Source of the DNA: Myxococcota bacterium
GTDB taxonomy: Bacteria > Myxococcota > XYA12-FULL-58-9 > JABJBS01
NCBI GenBank assembly: GCA_036339465.1
Contig: JAYZAY010000062.1
Span: forward strand, 1-64,000
DNA: 64,000 nucleotides
Reading direction: 5' to 3'
Both the position numbers and the translations under genes were made by a program. The notes beneath the pieces are model-generated. The model did no database searches. It was not told where the DNA came from and saw only the letters and a list, made by a program, of their open reading frames with translations. Positions 28,897 through 38,969 of this stretch are shown piece by piece (within the stretch, counting starts at the first letter, position 1; every line of letters starts with the position of its first letter).

Positions 28897-30819
28897 ATGA
28901 AACAATTACTGGATTCGACTTTTGTTGTATTTTGCATGCTGGTTCTCGTGGTTATGGGGGGGATCAATACCTTCCAGATTAATAATTTAGAGAAAAGTAT
29001 GATTGCCAATCACGAGGCCATTGAGGGCTTGAGGGATGGGGGTGTTTCCGTGGCTCGGGTCGGGGCCTCCGCGACAAAAGCGCAGTCATCGGTGGATGCC
29101 TATCGTCAAATTGAGAAAGAAGCCTTGGCTGATGCCAATAACCTTTTGGTGGGAAATCCAAAAGGGGTGGCTCAAGGGCGCGATATTGTTCGAAACGGTA
29201 CCCTAAGAATGCAATTTGGGTCCGATCCTCGAGGGATGAACCCCTACATTGCCAACGGGGCCGATGTTTCAGAATTGGAACGCTACATGTCCAATCAATT
29301 GGCGACTCCCCAATTGGACGATCCAGGTGTCTATTCACCGGAATTGGCGGTTAAAATTACATCCCCCGATGACGGTCTTACCTATGAAATTGAACTTCGT
29401 AAGGATGTGTATTGGCATCGGCCCAAGGTGGATTGGAAGTCGGGACGGTACGATTGGCTCAAGGGCGATCATAAGCTTACCAGCGACGACTTTAAATTTA
29501 TTTTTGATATGCTTGCAAATCCACAGGTGGCGGGTCGTATCTCTTCTCTACGCACCTATTTTGAGGCCTTGGATAGAGTTGAAGTCATCGATGACCACCA
29601 CTTCAAGATCATTTTCAAAGAACGTCTCTACATGAACTTCGTGAGTGTTGCGACCATCACGCCGTTGCCCCGTTGGCTCTACATGTACGATGAAGATGGA
29701 AACAAGTTTGATGATGCCACCTGGGGTAAGAAACTTAACGAACACTGGTACAATCAGAAGATGATTGGCACTGGTCCCTACCAATTTTCAGCTTGGGACC
29801 CCGGGGTTCGAATCGAAATGGAGCGTAACGAACGTTATTGGGGTGAGCCAGCTTCTTTCGAAGGCATTCAAATTTTCATTACGAAGGATCAGAATGCTTG
29901 GCCCCGTAAGTTAAAGACCGGTGAGTTTGATTTTACGCATTTGCAGCCGGAGCAGTATCGAACTGAGATCATGGAAAAGAAAGGACCGGTATTTGGCAAG
30001 CAGGACTTGCGAAAAACCGAACATCCAGAGTTGGGCTATTTCTACGTAGGTTGGAATCACGACAGTCCTTATTTTAACGATAAGAAAGTACGGCAGGCCA
30101 TGACCATGGCTTTGAACCGGCGGGACGTGATCGACAATGTGTTTGTGGGGCTTGGCGTGCCAACGTCGGGACCTTTCCCCACCGACAACCCTTGCTATGA
30201 CAAATCCATTGAGCCGTGGCCCTTTGATTTGAAATTGGCTGCCGCCAAGCTGGAGGAGGCGGGTTGGAAAGATACCGACGGGGACGGTATCCGCGATAAG
30301 GAAATCGATGGGGAGAAGGTTGCTTTTGAATTCTCCATGATGGTTTATGGGAGTTCATCTGAATATCAGACCTTGGCCAATATCTTCCGTGAGGACCTCC
30401 TGCAAATCGGGGTGAAGCTCAATCCACGGGCGTTGGAATGGTCTACCATGTTGAAGAAAATGGATGAGCGAGACTTTGATGCCTATACCGGGGGTTGGGC
30501 TTTGGGTTGGGAAACAGATCTGATGCAGATTTGGCATTCCAAAGAAGCGGATAAGGCAAAGTCCTCCAACCGAATTGGTTTTCGAAATAAGGAAGCCGAC
30601 CGTATTGCGGAAACTCTTCGAACCAAATTTAAAGAGGAGGAGCGGGTTAAACTCTGCCATGAGTTCCATAACCTGGTCCATGAAGAACAGCCTTATTCAT
30701 TCATCTATCAACGCCGACGTTCCGTGGTTTTCTGGGAACACTTGAATGAGCTGGTCTTTTCGAAGATTTATCCTCAGCGTGATCTTCGCCATTTTTCATT
30801 CAACCAACTGCGACCTTAA
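28897..30819 (+). CDS. Peptide ABC transporter substrate-binding protein (family 5)
   Basis: IGTGPY, RNERYWG, KKVRQAMTMALNR, LEEAGWKDTDGDGIRDK. Confidence 0.93.
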   Translation: MKQLLDSTFVVFCMLVLVVMGGINTFQINNLEKSMIANHEAIEGLRDGGVSVARVGASATKAQSSVDAYRQIEKEALADANNLLVGNPKGVAQGRDIVRNGTLRMQFGSDPRGMNPYIANGADVSELERYMSNQLATPQLDDPGVYSPELAVKITSPDDGLTYEIELRKDVYWHRPKVDWKSGRYDWLKGDHKLTSDDFKFIFDMLANPQVAGRISSLRTYFEALDRVEVIDDHHFKIIFKERLYMNFVSVATITPLPRWLYMYDEDGNKFDDATWGKKLNEHWYNQKMIGTGPYQFSAWDPGVRIEMERNERYWGEPASFEGIQIFITKDQNAWPRKLKTGEFDFTHLQPEQYRTEIMEKKGPVFGKQDLRKTEHPELGYFYVGWNHDSPYFNDKKVRQAMTMALNRRDVIDNVFVGLGVPTSGPFPTDNPCYDKSIEPWPFDLKLAAAKLEEAGWKDTDGDGIRDKEIDGEKVAFEFSMMVYGSSSEYQTLANIFREDLLQIGVKLNPRALEWSTMLKKMDERDFDAYTGGWALGWETDLMQIWHSKEADKAKSSNRIGFRNKEADRIAETLRTKFKEEERVKLCHEFHNLVHEEQPYSFIYQRRRSVVFWEHLNELVFSKIYPQRDLRHFSFNQLRP

Positions 30820-30841
30820 GATTTAGGGGAGTTTGGAAGTC

Positions 30842-32284
30842 ATGCTCCAGTATACGATTAAACGTTTGCTGCTGATCCCACCGACCTTCTTTTTTGTTTC
30901 GTTGGTTATTTTTCTCGTGCTCAATATCGCACCGGGCCGACCGGGTGAAACGGATATCGCTGCCCAAGCGGGAGAGAAGAGTGACTCGGCAAATCAGCAG
31001 GAGAGTTTTCGGATCTTCAAAGAACAATTCAATTTAGATAAGCCGATCCTCTTAAATTGGCGCTTTACCCTGAGCCAAGAAGATGTCCGGACATTGGTGG
31101 TGGATGCCAACAATCTTTTCAATGAGACTGAGTCCCAGGATCGCTTGAGCGCTCAGGAGGATTTGGATGATTATGGTAATTACTTGGTTCGCCATTTGAT
31201 CTCGATCTTGAAGGGCGACAAGGATCCGGAAGTTCGGCGGCTGGCAGCGATCTACTTGGTTCGCGCATCCCAAAGACGATTCCTGTCTGAGCGTAGGGCC
31301 GATGATATTGAAGCGGTAAGAGGTATCAATACAAGAATCTCAAAGGAGAATGAAGCGGTTAAGGGGTGGAAATGGTCGCGCAATGCTTCGAGCGATGAAA
31401 TTAAAAGTGCCACGGGTCACTGGTTGTCTTGGTGGGAGAAGAAAAGCTCCTTTTATGAATACGACTTTTCAGAGAAGCTTGAGCGATTCTTTTTCGATAC
31501 GCGATTCGCTAAATATTGGGGCAATCTCATTGCGTTGGATTTGGGGGTATCAACGGTTGACCGCCGCCCAGTTTTGAGCACCATTGTTTCAAAATTGAAA
31601 TACAGCCTAAGCTTAACCCTGGTGTCAGTTCTTCTGGCTTATCTCATTGCCGTACCCATTGGGATTTATAGTGCGGTTCGTCAGAACACCTTCAGTGATA
31701 CCTCCATTACAGTGATGCTCTTTATTCTCTACAGTTTGCCAACGTTTTTTACGGGCACGGTTTTACTGCGGTTGTTTTCTGAGGGAGATCCCATTGGATG
31801 GTTTCCCACGGGCGGTTTTGAATCCGTGGACAAAATAGCGCGAACAACCCTTGAGAGTTTCGGCGATGTGATGTGGCACCTGGTATTGCCTTTAGCAACC
31901 TATACTTCCGTGAGTTTGGCGGCCCTTTCGCGATATGCGAGAGCAGGGGTGATTGAGGTGATCAGAGCCGATTATATCCGTACGGCTCGGGCCAAAGGCC
32001 TGCATGAGTTTGTGGTGATTATGAAGCACGCGGTTCGAAATGGAATGATCCCTATCTTGACCCTTTTGGGGAGTCTGTTGCCGGTTTTGGTTTCTGGTTC
32101 GGTGGTGATTGAGGTTGTTTTCGGGATCCCCGGTATGGGACTTTATCTTTTCGATGCGATTAACTTACGCGATTACAATGCGGTGATGGCGGTCCTTATT
32201 ATGGCCAGTGTCCTGACCTTATTTGGAATCTTGGTTTCTGATCTGAGCTACGCAGCTGTTGACCCGAGGATTAGCTTTGACTGA
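30842..32284 (+). CDS. Peptide ABC transporter permease (OppB/DppB-like) with large insertion
   Basis: YTIKRLLLIPPT, HLVLP, DYIRTARAKGL, KHAVRNG, DPRISFD. Confidence 0.92.
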   Translation: MLQYTIKRLLLIPPTFFFVSLVIFLVLNIAPGRPGETDIAAQAGEKSDSANQQESFRIFKEQFNLDKPILLNWRFTLSQEDVRTLVVDANNLFNETESQDRLSAQEDLDDYGNYLVRHLISILKGDKDPEVRRLAAIYLVRASQRRFLSERRADDIEAVRGINTRISKENEAVKGWKWSRNASSDEIKSATGHWLSWWEKKSSFYEYDFSEKLERFFFDTRFAKYWGNLIALDLGVSTVDRRPVLSTIVSKLKYSLSLTLVSVLLAYLIAVPIGIYSAVRQNTFSDTSITVMLFILYSLPTFFTGTVLLRLFSEGDPIGWFPTGGFESVDKIARTTLESFGDVMWHLVLPLATYTSVSLAALSRYARAGVIEVIRADYIRTARAKGLHEFVVIMKHAVRNGMIPILTLLGSLLPVLVSGSVVIEVVFGIPGMGLYLFDAINLRDYNAVMAVLIMASVLTLFGILVSDLSYAAVDPRISFD

Positions 32285-33497
32285 TACACGACCCCAAGAA
32301 GATCCAACCTATATGGAAATTGTGTGGGGGCAGTTCAAAAAACGGCCACTCCCCCTCACATCGTTTTATGGTATTATCGCTCTCTTTTTAGTGGCGGTTT
32401 ATGTGCCTGTCTTCATCAGCAATAAGCCTTTCTATTGGAAGGTGGGGGATGAGCCTTGGACAAGTCCTTGGTTTCAAAGTCTCTTTGATCGAAACTTTTT
32501 CGAGAGTAGTTTGGATATCGCTTTCAACACTTTTCTCTTCCCGGGAACCTTTTTCTTAATCCCTGTCTTTATTGTTTTTGCCATGACCAAGAATATGGGG
32601 CGACGTGAGCGGGAGCCTAAAAGACAATGGGCGATTGTGGCAGCGGTTTTGGCTTGGTTGTTTTCATTTGTGCTCATTCTTTCCAATTCCACAGGTCAAG
32701 CCAAGGTTGTTTATCCTAAATTGGAACAGGAATTGGTCTTAGAAGGAAAATCTGTGGCTTCCATTTATCCAGTGATCGCACATTCTTACCGAGACATCGA
32801 TCTCAAGAAAGTGAGAACTGCGGTGAGTTTAGAGCATCCTTTAGGCACCGATAATGCGGGTCGTGATGTTTTTAGCCGCTTGATTTATGGCACGCGGATC
32901 TCATTGACCATTGGGGTTTTTGCGGTGGCGATTTACGTCATGATTGGTATCTTCATTGGCGCCATTGCTGGCTATTATGGTGGCCGGACGGATATCTTGA
33001 TTCAACGTTTGATTGAGGTGGTGATTTCCATTCCATCACTTTTCTTGATTCTGACGGTGGCGGCTTTCATTGAAGAACGCTCTATTTTTCACATCATGGG
33101 GATCATTGCTGCGGTGAGTTGGACGACCCCGGCCAGATTGGTTCGTGGCGAATTTCTACGGCTGAAAAATCAAGATTTTGTGTCGTCGGCTCGGGCGGCG
33201 GGGTTTAAGGAATCAACCATCATTTTTCGGCAGATCTTGCCCAATGCTTTGGGCCCAGTTTTGGTGACGGCGACCTTTGGCGTGGCATCGGCGATCCTTG
33301 TGGAATCGACCATGAGCTTTCTTGGGCTTGGGGATATCACAGTTCCAAGTTGGGGCCAGATTTTAAGCACGGGCCGAAACACCGGCAGCTGGGTTCTTAT
33401 TTTGGCTCCAGGTTTTGCGATATTTCTGACGGTTAGTTTTTTGAATCTTTTTGGTGAGGGTTTGCGGGACGCGCTGGATCCTAAATTGCGGAAATAG
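32277..33497 (+). CDS. Peptide ABC transporter permease (OppC/DppC-like)
   Basis: HPLGTDNAGRDVFSRLIYGTRISL, ILPNAL, GEGLRDALDPK; TTG start after GAGGA assumed. Confidence 0.92.
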   Translation: MTDTRPQEDPTYMEIVWGQFKKRPLPLTSFYGIIALFLVAVYVPVFISNKPFYWKVGDEPWTSPWFQSLFDRNFFESSLDIAFNTFLFPGTFFLIPVFIVFAMTKNMGRREREPKRQWAIVAAVLAWLFSFVLILSNSTGQAKVVYPKLEQELVLEGKSVASIYPVIAHSYRDIDLKKVRTAVSLEHPLGTDNAGRDVFSRLIYGTRISLTIGVFAVAIYVMIGIFIGAIAGYYGGRTDILIQRLIEVVISIPSLFLILTVAAFIEERSIFHIMGIIAAVSWTTPARLVRGEFLRLKNQDFVSSARAAGFKESTIIFRQILPNALGPVLVTATFGVASAILVESTMSFLGLGDITVPSWGQILSTGRNTGSWVLILAPGFAIFLTVSFLNLFGEGLRDALDPKLRK

Positions 33498-33521
33498 TCA
33501 GCGGATCGGCTGAAAATCGAT

Positions 33522-33569
33522 GACCGATATTCTAAGACCGATATTCTAAGACCGATATTCTAAGACCGA
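33522..33569. repeat. 14-bp intergenic tandem repeat x3.4
   Basis: (GACCGATATTCTAA)3 GACCGA between convergent genes. Confidence 0.95.
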
Positions 33570-33600
33570 AAAACCGGACTTTCCCTTTAGTGGATTGAAC

Positions 33601-35502
33601 TTAGCCTGGGTTAGCAGCCATGCGTTGAGATAGGGCTTCTTTCCTTTGGAGCTGGCGCATATCGATTTGGTCTAGGGTGTCTCGAGGGATCGCGTCGATA
33701 AGTCGTTGGGTGTAGGCATTTTTGGGATCGGCATAAATTGCTTCGGAGGGACCAAATTCAATAATTTTGCCTGCGTTCATCACCGCAATCATATCGGACA
33801 TAAATTTTACCACGCTCAAATCGTGACTGATGAAAATGTAGGTGAGTTTTCGTTTGAGTTGGAGTTGTTTGAGCAGGTTAAGAACTTGAGCTTGAACCGA
33901 GACGTCCAAGGCAGAAACCGATTCATCACATATGATGAGTTCCGGCTCGACCGCGAGGGACCGAGCAATACAAATACGCTGTCGCTGGCCACCGGAGAAT
34001 TCGTGTGGATAGCGGGTCAGAAGATGCGCTCCGGGTAATCCTACTTCTGCCAAGAGGGCAATGGCCATTGCCCTTCGGTCGTCTTGGTCTTTACCAATGT
34101 CGTGAATTTTCATGGGCTCGGTTAGGGTGGCTTCAACGGTTTTTCGAGGATTGAGGGAGCCATAGGGATCTTGAAAAATAATTTGAACTCTCTTGCGCAC
34201 TTGTCTTAGGGCTTCTCCATGAAGCGCGCCTATGTCCTGCCCGTCAAAAGTCACTGTGCCTTCGGTGGGTTCAATGAGGCGCAAGATGGCACGTCCCGCC
34301 GTGGTTTTTCCACAGCCAGATTCCCCAACCAATCCCAAGGTTTGGCCACGGAATACGTCGAAGCTAATACCATCCACCGCGCGTACGTGATCATGAATGC
34401 GGCTGAAAACACCTTTACGAATTGGGAAGTGCACCTTTAAGCCGTGCACGCCCAATAGGGGTTTTGTGTTTTCTTCCACCAAACAGGTATCGGCGGCGTG
34501 CAGGTCTGGGTCGAAGGGGTGGCCGATGGATTTTAGCGTGGAAGCGGGATGAAGTAATCGACCCCGCCCGTCTTTCATGAGGAGGTCGAGTTTTGCTTCG
34601 TTGATGGTCTTTTCGGTGAGGGTGTAGTTACCATCGTCATGGAAAGTGGTTTCCATATAATCCGCAACTGTGGGTAGGCGCTTGATTAGGCTTTCGAGGC
34701 GAGGTCGGCAGTTCAGCAGACCTTTGGTGTAGGGATGTTTCGGTGCTTCGAAAATACTGCGGATATCTCCAAATTCCACAAGTTTGCCGCGATACATCAC
34801 TGCGACTTCATCCGCGATTTCCGCGATGACTCCGAGGTCGTGGGTAATAAATAGGATGGCCATTCCACGCTCGTCTCGTAGTTTCCGCAACAAGTCGAGA
34901 ATTTGCGCCTGAATTGTCACATCCAAGGCGGTGGTTGGTTCGTCGGCGATGAGTAATTTAGGATTACAGGAGAGGGCCATGGCAATCATGACCCGTTGTT
35001 TTTGCCCACCAGACATCTCGTGGGGATAGCTGTCGATTCTGCGCTGTGGTTGGGGGATGCCCACTTCTTTGTAGAGGGCAATGGCACGTTCTCTCGCTTC
35101 CTGGTGGGAGACCTTTTGATGAAGCATGATGGCTTCCATCACCTGTGAGCCCGTGGTGTAGACGGGGTTTAAGGAAGTCATGGGCTCTTGGAAAATCATC
35201 GAGATTTCTTTGCCACGAATTTTTCGCATTTCTGGTTCAGGCAAATTCAGGAGCTCTTGTCCTAGAAAAGAGATGGATGAGCCCTCTTCGATGGAGGCCA
35301 CGATGCCGGGGAGTAGTTTCATGATGGATAGGGATGTGACAGATTTTCCGCTACCCGATTCGCCGACGATGCCTAGGGTGTGTCCTGGTTTAAGGGTGAT
35401 GTTAAGGTCTTGAACGGCTTTGACCGTCCCTGCATCTGTATGGAAGTAGGTTCTAAGGTTCTTAATTTCCAATAGATTTTCTGTTTTACGCATTGGTTGC
35501 AA
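33601..35502 (-). CDS. Fused dual-domain peptide ABC ATPase (OppD-OppF)
   Basis: GESGSGKS and GESGCGKT Walker [13 protein letters not shown] and [12 protein letters not shown]. Confidence 0.95.
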   Translation of the reverse strand: MQPMRKTENLLEIKNLRTYFHTDAGTVKAVQDLNITLKPGHTLGIVGESGSGKSVTSLSIMKLLPGIVASIEEGSSISFLGQELLNLPEPEMRKIRGKEISMIFQEPMTSLNPVYTTGSQVMEAIMLHQKVSHQEARERAIALYKEVGIPQPQRRIDSYPHEMSGGQKQRVMIAMALSCNPKLLIADEPTTALDVTIQAQILDLLRKLRDERGMAILFITHDLGVIAEIADEVAVMYRGKLVEFGDIRSIFEAPKHPYTKGLLNCRPRLESLIKRLPTVADYMETTFHDDGNYTLTEKTINEAKLDLLMKDGRGRLLHPASTLKSIGHPFDPDLHAADTCLVEENTKPLLGVHGLKVHFPIRKGVFSRIHDHVRAVDGISFDVFRGQTLGLVGESGCGKTTAGRAILRLIEPTEGTVTFDGQDIGALHGEALRQVRKRVQIIFQDPYGSLNPRKTVEATLTEPMKIHDIGKDQDDRRAMAIALLAEVGLPGAHLLTRYPHEFSGGQRQRICIARSLAVEPELIICDESVSALDVSVQAQVLNLLKQLQLKRKLTYIFISHDLSVVKFMSDMIAVMNAGKIIEFGPSEAIYADPKNAYTQRLIDAIPRDTLDQIDMRQLQRKEALSQRMAANPG

Positions 35503-35820
35503 TCCCGCTATCTAAGAGGGGTAGAAATCCCCATCCTATGGCCCGGTAAATAGAAGGCGAGGGCCACAAGGTCAAACACTTCCGCCCATATTTCGCGCCC
35601 CAAAGGTGATAACATTCGCCAACGACTTTAGGCTGTTACTTATAAAAGGGTTGCAGATGACTTTGTCGGGATACTTTTCCACTACTTGGGCCCACATGCT
35701 ACAATGAAACGATACTTCCAAAGTGGTAACTTTCGAGGAGTAGGGCTTGGAATTTGAAATTAAGCAGGGTGAGAGTAGAATCACCCTCTGACCTTCTGAC
35801 CGAAAAAAGGAAAGAGAGAC

Positions 35821-36834
35821 ATGCGCATTGGATTGATGGGATTTGGGCGTATTGGGCGCAATATCTTCAGAATTTTGGATGAAATGGAGGATGGTGCCGA
35901 GGTGGTGGCGATCAGTGATATCGCCAACCATGAAAGTTTGGAATATTTGCTTCAGTACGACACGATTATGGGCCGTTTGAACCACCGGGTCCGTTTAAAA
36001 GAGGGGTATCTCTATAGCCGAGGTCGCCAAATCAAGATGCTCTCGGGTAGGGATGCCGGAGATGTTACCTGGGGGCATTGGGACGTGGATGTGGTCATTG
36101 AAGCCAGGGGTTTGGCGCCAACGAGATTGGAGGCGCAAGTCCATCTAAAATCTGGTGCGAAGCGGATTATTTCATGTGTGCCCACCCTAGGTGGTGGAGA
36201 TTATCAGGTGGTGATGGGGCTCAATGATGAGGGACTGACATCAGAGCATAAAATCATCGACAGTGCACCGGTTCAGACTCAGTGTTCGGCGCTGAGCTTG
36301 GATATCTTGGACAAGGCATTTGGTATTGAGCATGTTTTTCTAAGTACCGTTCATGCTTATACCAATGATCAGAGTTTGGCGGATGTTCCTTCCAAGGATT
36401 TGCGGCGCTCCCGGGCGGCTCGGGAAAATATCATTCCCCTTGATCTGAAGTTAAGCAAGAATTTGGAGCTGCTCTTTCCGCATTTGGAGGGAAAAATAAA
36501 GGATTTGGCTTTGAAGGTGCCGGTGCCCAATGGTTCTATGGTGGATTTGGTGGTTTCGACGAAGCGAGAGGTCTCTGTTACTGCGGTGAATGAAGTGATG
36601 CGTTCGGCCATCGAAGCGAAGTACCCGAATTATATGGAATTCATTGATGAGCCGATTGTTTCCAGTGATGTTCAGCTAAGTACGTTTTCCAACAGCTTTG
36701 ATTCGTTGGCGACCATGTGTTTGGGAGACCGCCTGGTGAAAACGGTTTCTTGGTTTGATGATGGAACCGGGACGGCACACCGGGTGGTTAATCTATTGGA
36801 TAAATTGGGCGAGAGTGAAGGAGGTCTGCTATGA
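35821..36834 (+). CDS. GAPDH-like protein lacking the catalytic cysteine
   Basis: GFGRIGR, YLLQYDTIMG, HAYTNDQ retained; NASCTTNC replaced by SAPVQTQC. Confidence 0.88.
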   Translation: MRIGLMGFGRIGRNIFRILDEMEDGAEVVAISDIANHESLEYLLQYDTIMGRLNHRVRLKEGYLYSRGRQIKMLSGRDAGDVTWGHWDVDVVIEARGLAPTRLEAQVHLKSGAKRIISCVPTLGGGDYQVVMGLNDEGLTSEHKIIDSAPVQTQCSALSLDILDKAFGIEHVFLSTVHAYTNDQSLADVPSKDLRRSRAARENIIPLDLKLSKNLELLFPHLEGKIKDLALKVPVPNGSMVDLVVSTKREVSVTAVNEVMRSAIEAKYPNYMEFIDEPIVSSDVQLSTFSNSFDSLATMCLGDRLVKTVSWFDDGTGTAHRVVNLLDKLGESEGGLL

Positions 36835-37832
36835 CGGTTCGAATCGCGATTAATGGTTTTGGCCGGATTGGGCGGAGTGTTTTTCGAGTGCTGGCAAAGC
36901 GCGATGACATCGATGTGGTCGCTATCAACGATATCTTCCAAAATGAGGAACTCGCCTATCTTCTCAAGTACGATACGGTGATGGGTATTTTGGATGAGAC
37001 TGTCTCTTTTACGGATTCATCTCTGATTGTGGGGGATTCTGAAATTAGGATGACCAAACAACGGGATCCGGCGGAGCTTCCGTGGAAAGAATTGGGTGTG
37101 GATGTTGTTTTGGAATCAACGGGGAAATTTCGGTTCCGTGAACAATTTGAACGTCACCTTGAAGCGGGAGCACGCAAGGTTTTGTTGAGTGTTCCTCCTA
37201 AAGACGCCGTCGATGCCATGATTGTGATGGGGGTCAATGATGAAGATTTAACACCCGATTCTAGATTGATTTCCAATGCTTCATGTACCACCAATTGTCT
37301 GGCACCGGTGGCCAAGGTTTTGGATGATGCTTTCGGAATCGAACGCGGGTTCATGACTACGATTCATGCCTATACCAACGATCAACGCTTGGCCGATGTG
37401 CCTCACGAGGATTTTCGACGGAGTCGCGCGGCAGCAGAGAATATCATTCCGACCACGACGGGTGCGGCTCGAGCAGTGGCCAAAGTATTGCCTCAACTTG
37501 ATGGAAAACTTGATGGGATGGCGGTCCGGGTGCCCGTTCCCGACGGTTCTGTGGTTGACTTGACGGTTCAGTTTCGGGGTACGCCCAATCGAGATGAGGT
37601 GAATGCGGCGATGAAAGCTGCTGCGGAAGGCCCCATGAAAGGGGTGCTGGAGTATTCAGAAGCTCACTTGGTTTCAAGCGATGTTATCGGCAACCCCCAC
37701 AGTTCTATCTTCGATGCCCTGACCACTCAGGCGACCGGGGACGGTTATGCCCGTGTTCTAAGTTGGTACGATAATGAATGGGGTTATTCCAATCGGTGTG
37801 TTGATCTCATTGAACGAATGGCGAAAGGCTAG
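36831..37832 (+). CDS. gap: Type I glyceraldehyde-3-phosphate dehydrogenase
   Basis: INGFGRIGR, ISNASCTTNCLAP, IIPTTTGAA, WYDNEWGYS. Confidence 0.97.
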   Translation: MTVRIAINGFGRIGRSVFRVLAKRDDIDVVAINDIFQNEELAYLLKYDTVMGILDETVSFTDSSLIVGDSEIRMTKQRDPAELPWKELGVDVVLESTGKFRFREQFERHLEAGARKVLLSVPPKDAVDAMIVMGVNDEDLTPDSRLISNASCTTNCLAPVAKVLDDAFGIERGFMTTIHAYTNDQRLADVPHEDFRRSRAAAENIIPTTTGAARAVAKVLPQLDGKLDGMAVRVPVPDGSVVDLTVQFRGTPNRDEVNAAMKAAAEGPMKGVLEYSEAHLVSSDVIGNPHSSIFDALTTQATGDGYARVLSWYDNEWGYSNRCVDLIERMAKG

Positions 37833-37868
37833 TTTCTGTTTCGGGCTGGGTGTCTTCGGTTTTCGGTT

Positions 37869-38484
37869 TTATCCGCATTTTTTCATGGGTGTATTGTTCA
37901 TCAATTTTGTCGTTGGTTTTGCCCCTTTTAGGAGCGCGTTTAGAGGGGCAATTTCTATGGTCAGTCTTATGATGATAGGGCTCGTATCAATGTCGTAGCG
38001 TTGCCCAAAGAGGGTGAAGTCGAGAATGAAATTGCGGCCCGTAATTTCAATGAGTGCCGAGTCTTGGGTGAGAACACCGCGGGAACTACCGTCCAACTCG
38101 GTCTGACCAACCAATGCACAATCCCCGTCGATGAGGAGCGGCAATTTATGGGGCCAATGCTTTTCAAGCTCACTTTCCAGAATTTCCTAGGAGAAAAGGC
38201 TTCAATTGAAGGGGGGGGGAAGTTTAGTAAAGGAGAAAAGGGTCACATCACCACCTCGGGCCTCTACTTCTTTAAGCGGGCCTTCTCATTCCAGTGATTC
38301 TCGGTGCCAAAGTGATACGACGATTGTTTTTTTTAGGCCGTGCGAAAAGATTGTGGGCGCGCCCGATTACCGACTGATATTCGTACTCAGTTGCAGGTTG
38401 TTTGCGAATCAAGGCCAGATGCACCTTTGCCTGATTGGCGGTAAAGCCTAGGCTTTTCATGGCCTCTATCACTTTTTCTTCCAT
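37869..38484 (-). pseudogene. TrmB-family transcriptional regulator pseudogene
   Basis: GGAGG RBS plus MEEKVIEAMKSLGFTANQAKVHLALIRKQPATEYE; apparent internal deletion; frameshift near the A-run ~38330; IVVSLWHRE, EARGGDVTLFSF; three in-frame stops including 38204-38202 and 38189-38187; continues into ORF 37869..38144. Confidence 0.8.
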
Positions 38485-38969
38485 ACCGAACCAACCTCCA
38501 CCGGCGCCTATAAAATATTGCGCAACGAAACTCATAAGGCGGCTTTTCCACTGACGCAAGGAGATAGCGCAGAACGTCACTTTGTAGGAGGTTTCGGTGT
38601 GGGTATGGAGTCCACTTGGCATTGAATGGGAACTGAACGGCAGGAAAAAAGGATTCGAGAAACCGGTAACAATTGCGCCTCGACTGTCCCTTCTGATTTT
38701 AGACTGGTTTTAGACCAGAGGGTGTGGGTGTTTGTAGGCATATCACCTCTTTGTCGTTGTGTTCTGTTTTTGGGATTTTGAGCACAGATACTCACTTGTT
38801 TTGGCACTTGCTTTGGCTTTTGGATTGGTGGTTGTCTATTGCGATGGTGCTTACTCTTGAACGAGGGTGGCATTAAGGGCTGAATGTAGGCATTTAAAGC
38901 GTGATATGGTATCCTGAGTGCATAGAAGCTGGGTCTGTTTGGAAATCAGTTTGGGCTGAGGTTGTACTG

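Noticed and set aside
33522..33569. Direct repeats as a CRISPR array
   Set aside because: Units are 14 bp and contiguous with no spacers; no cas genes
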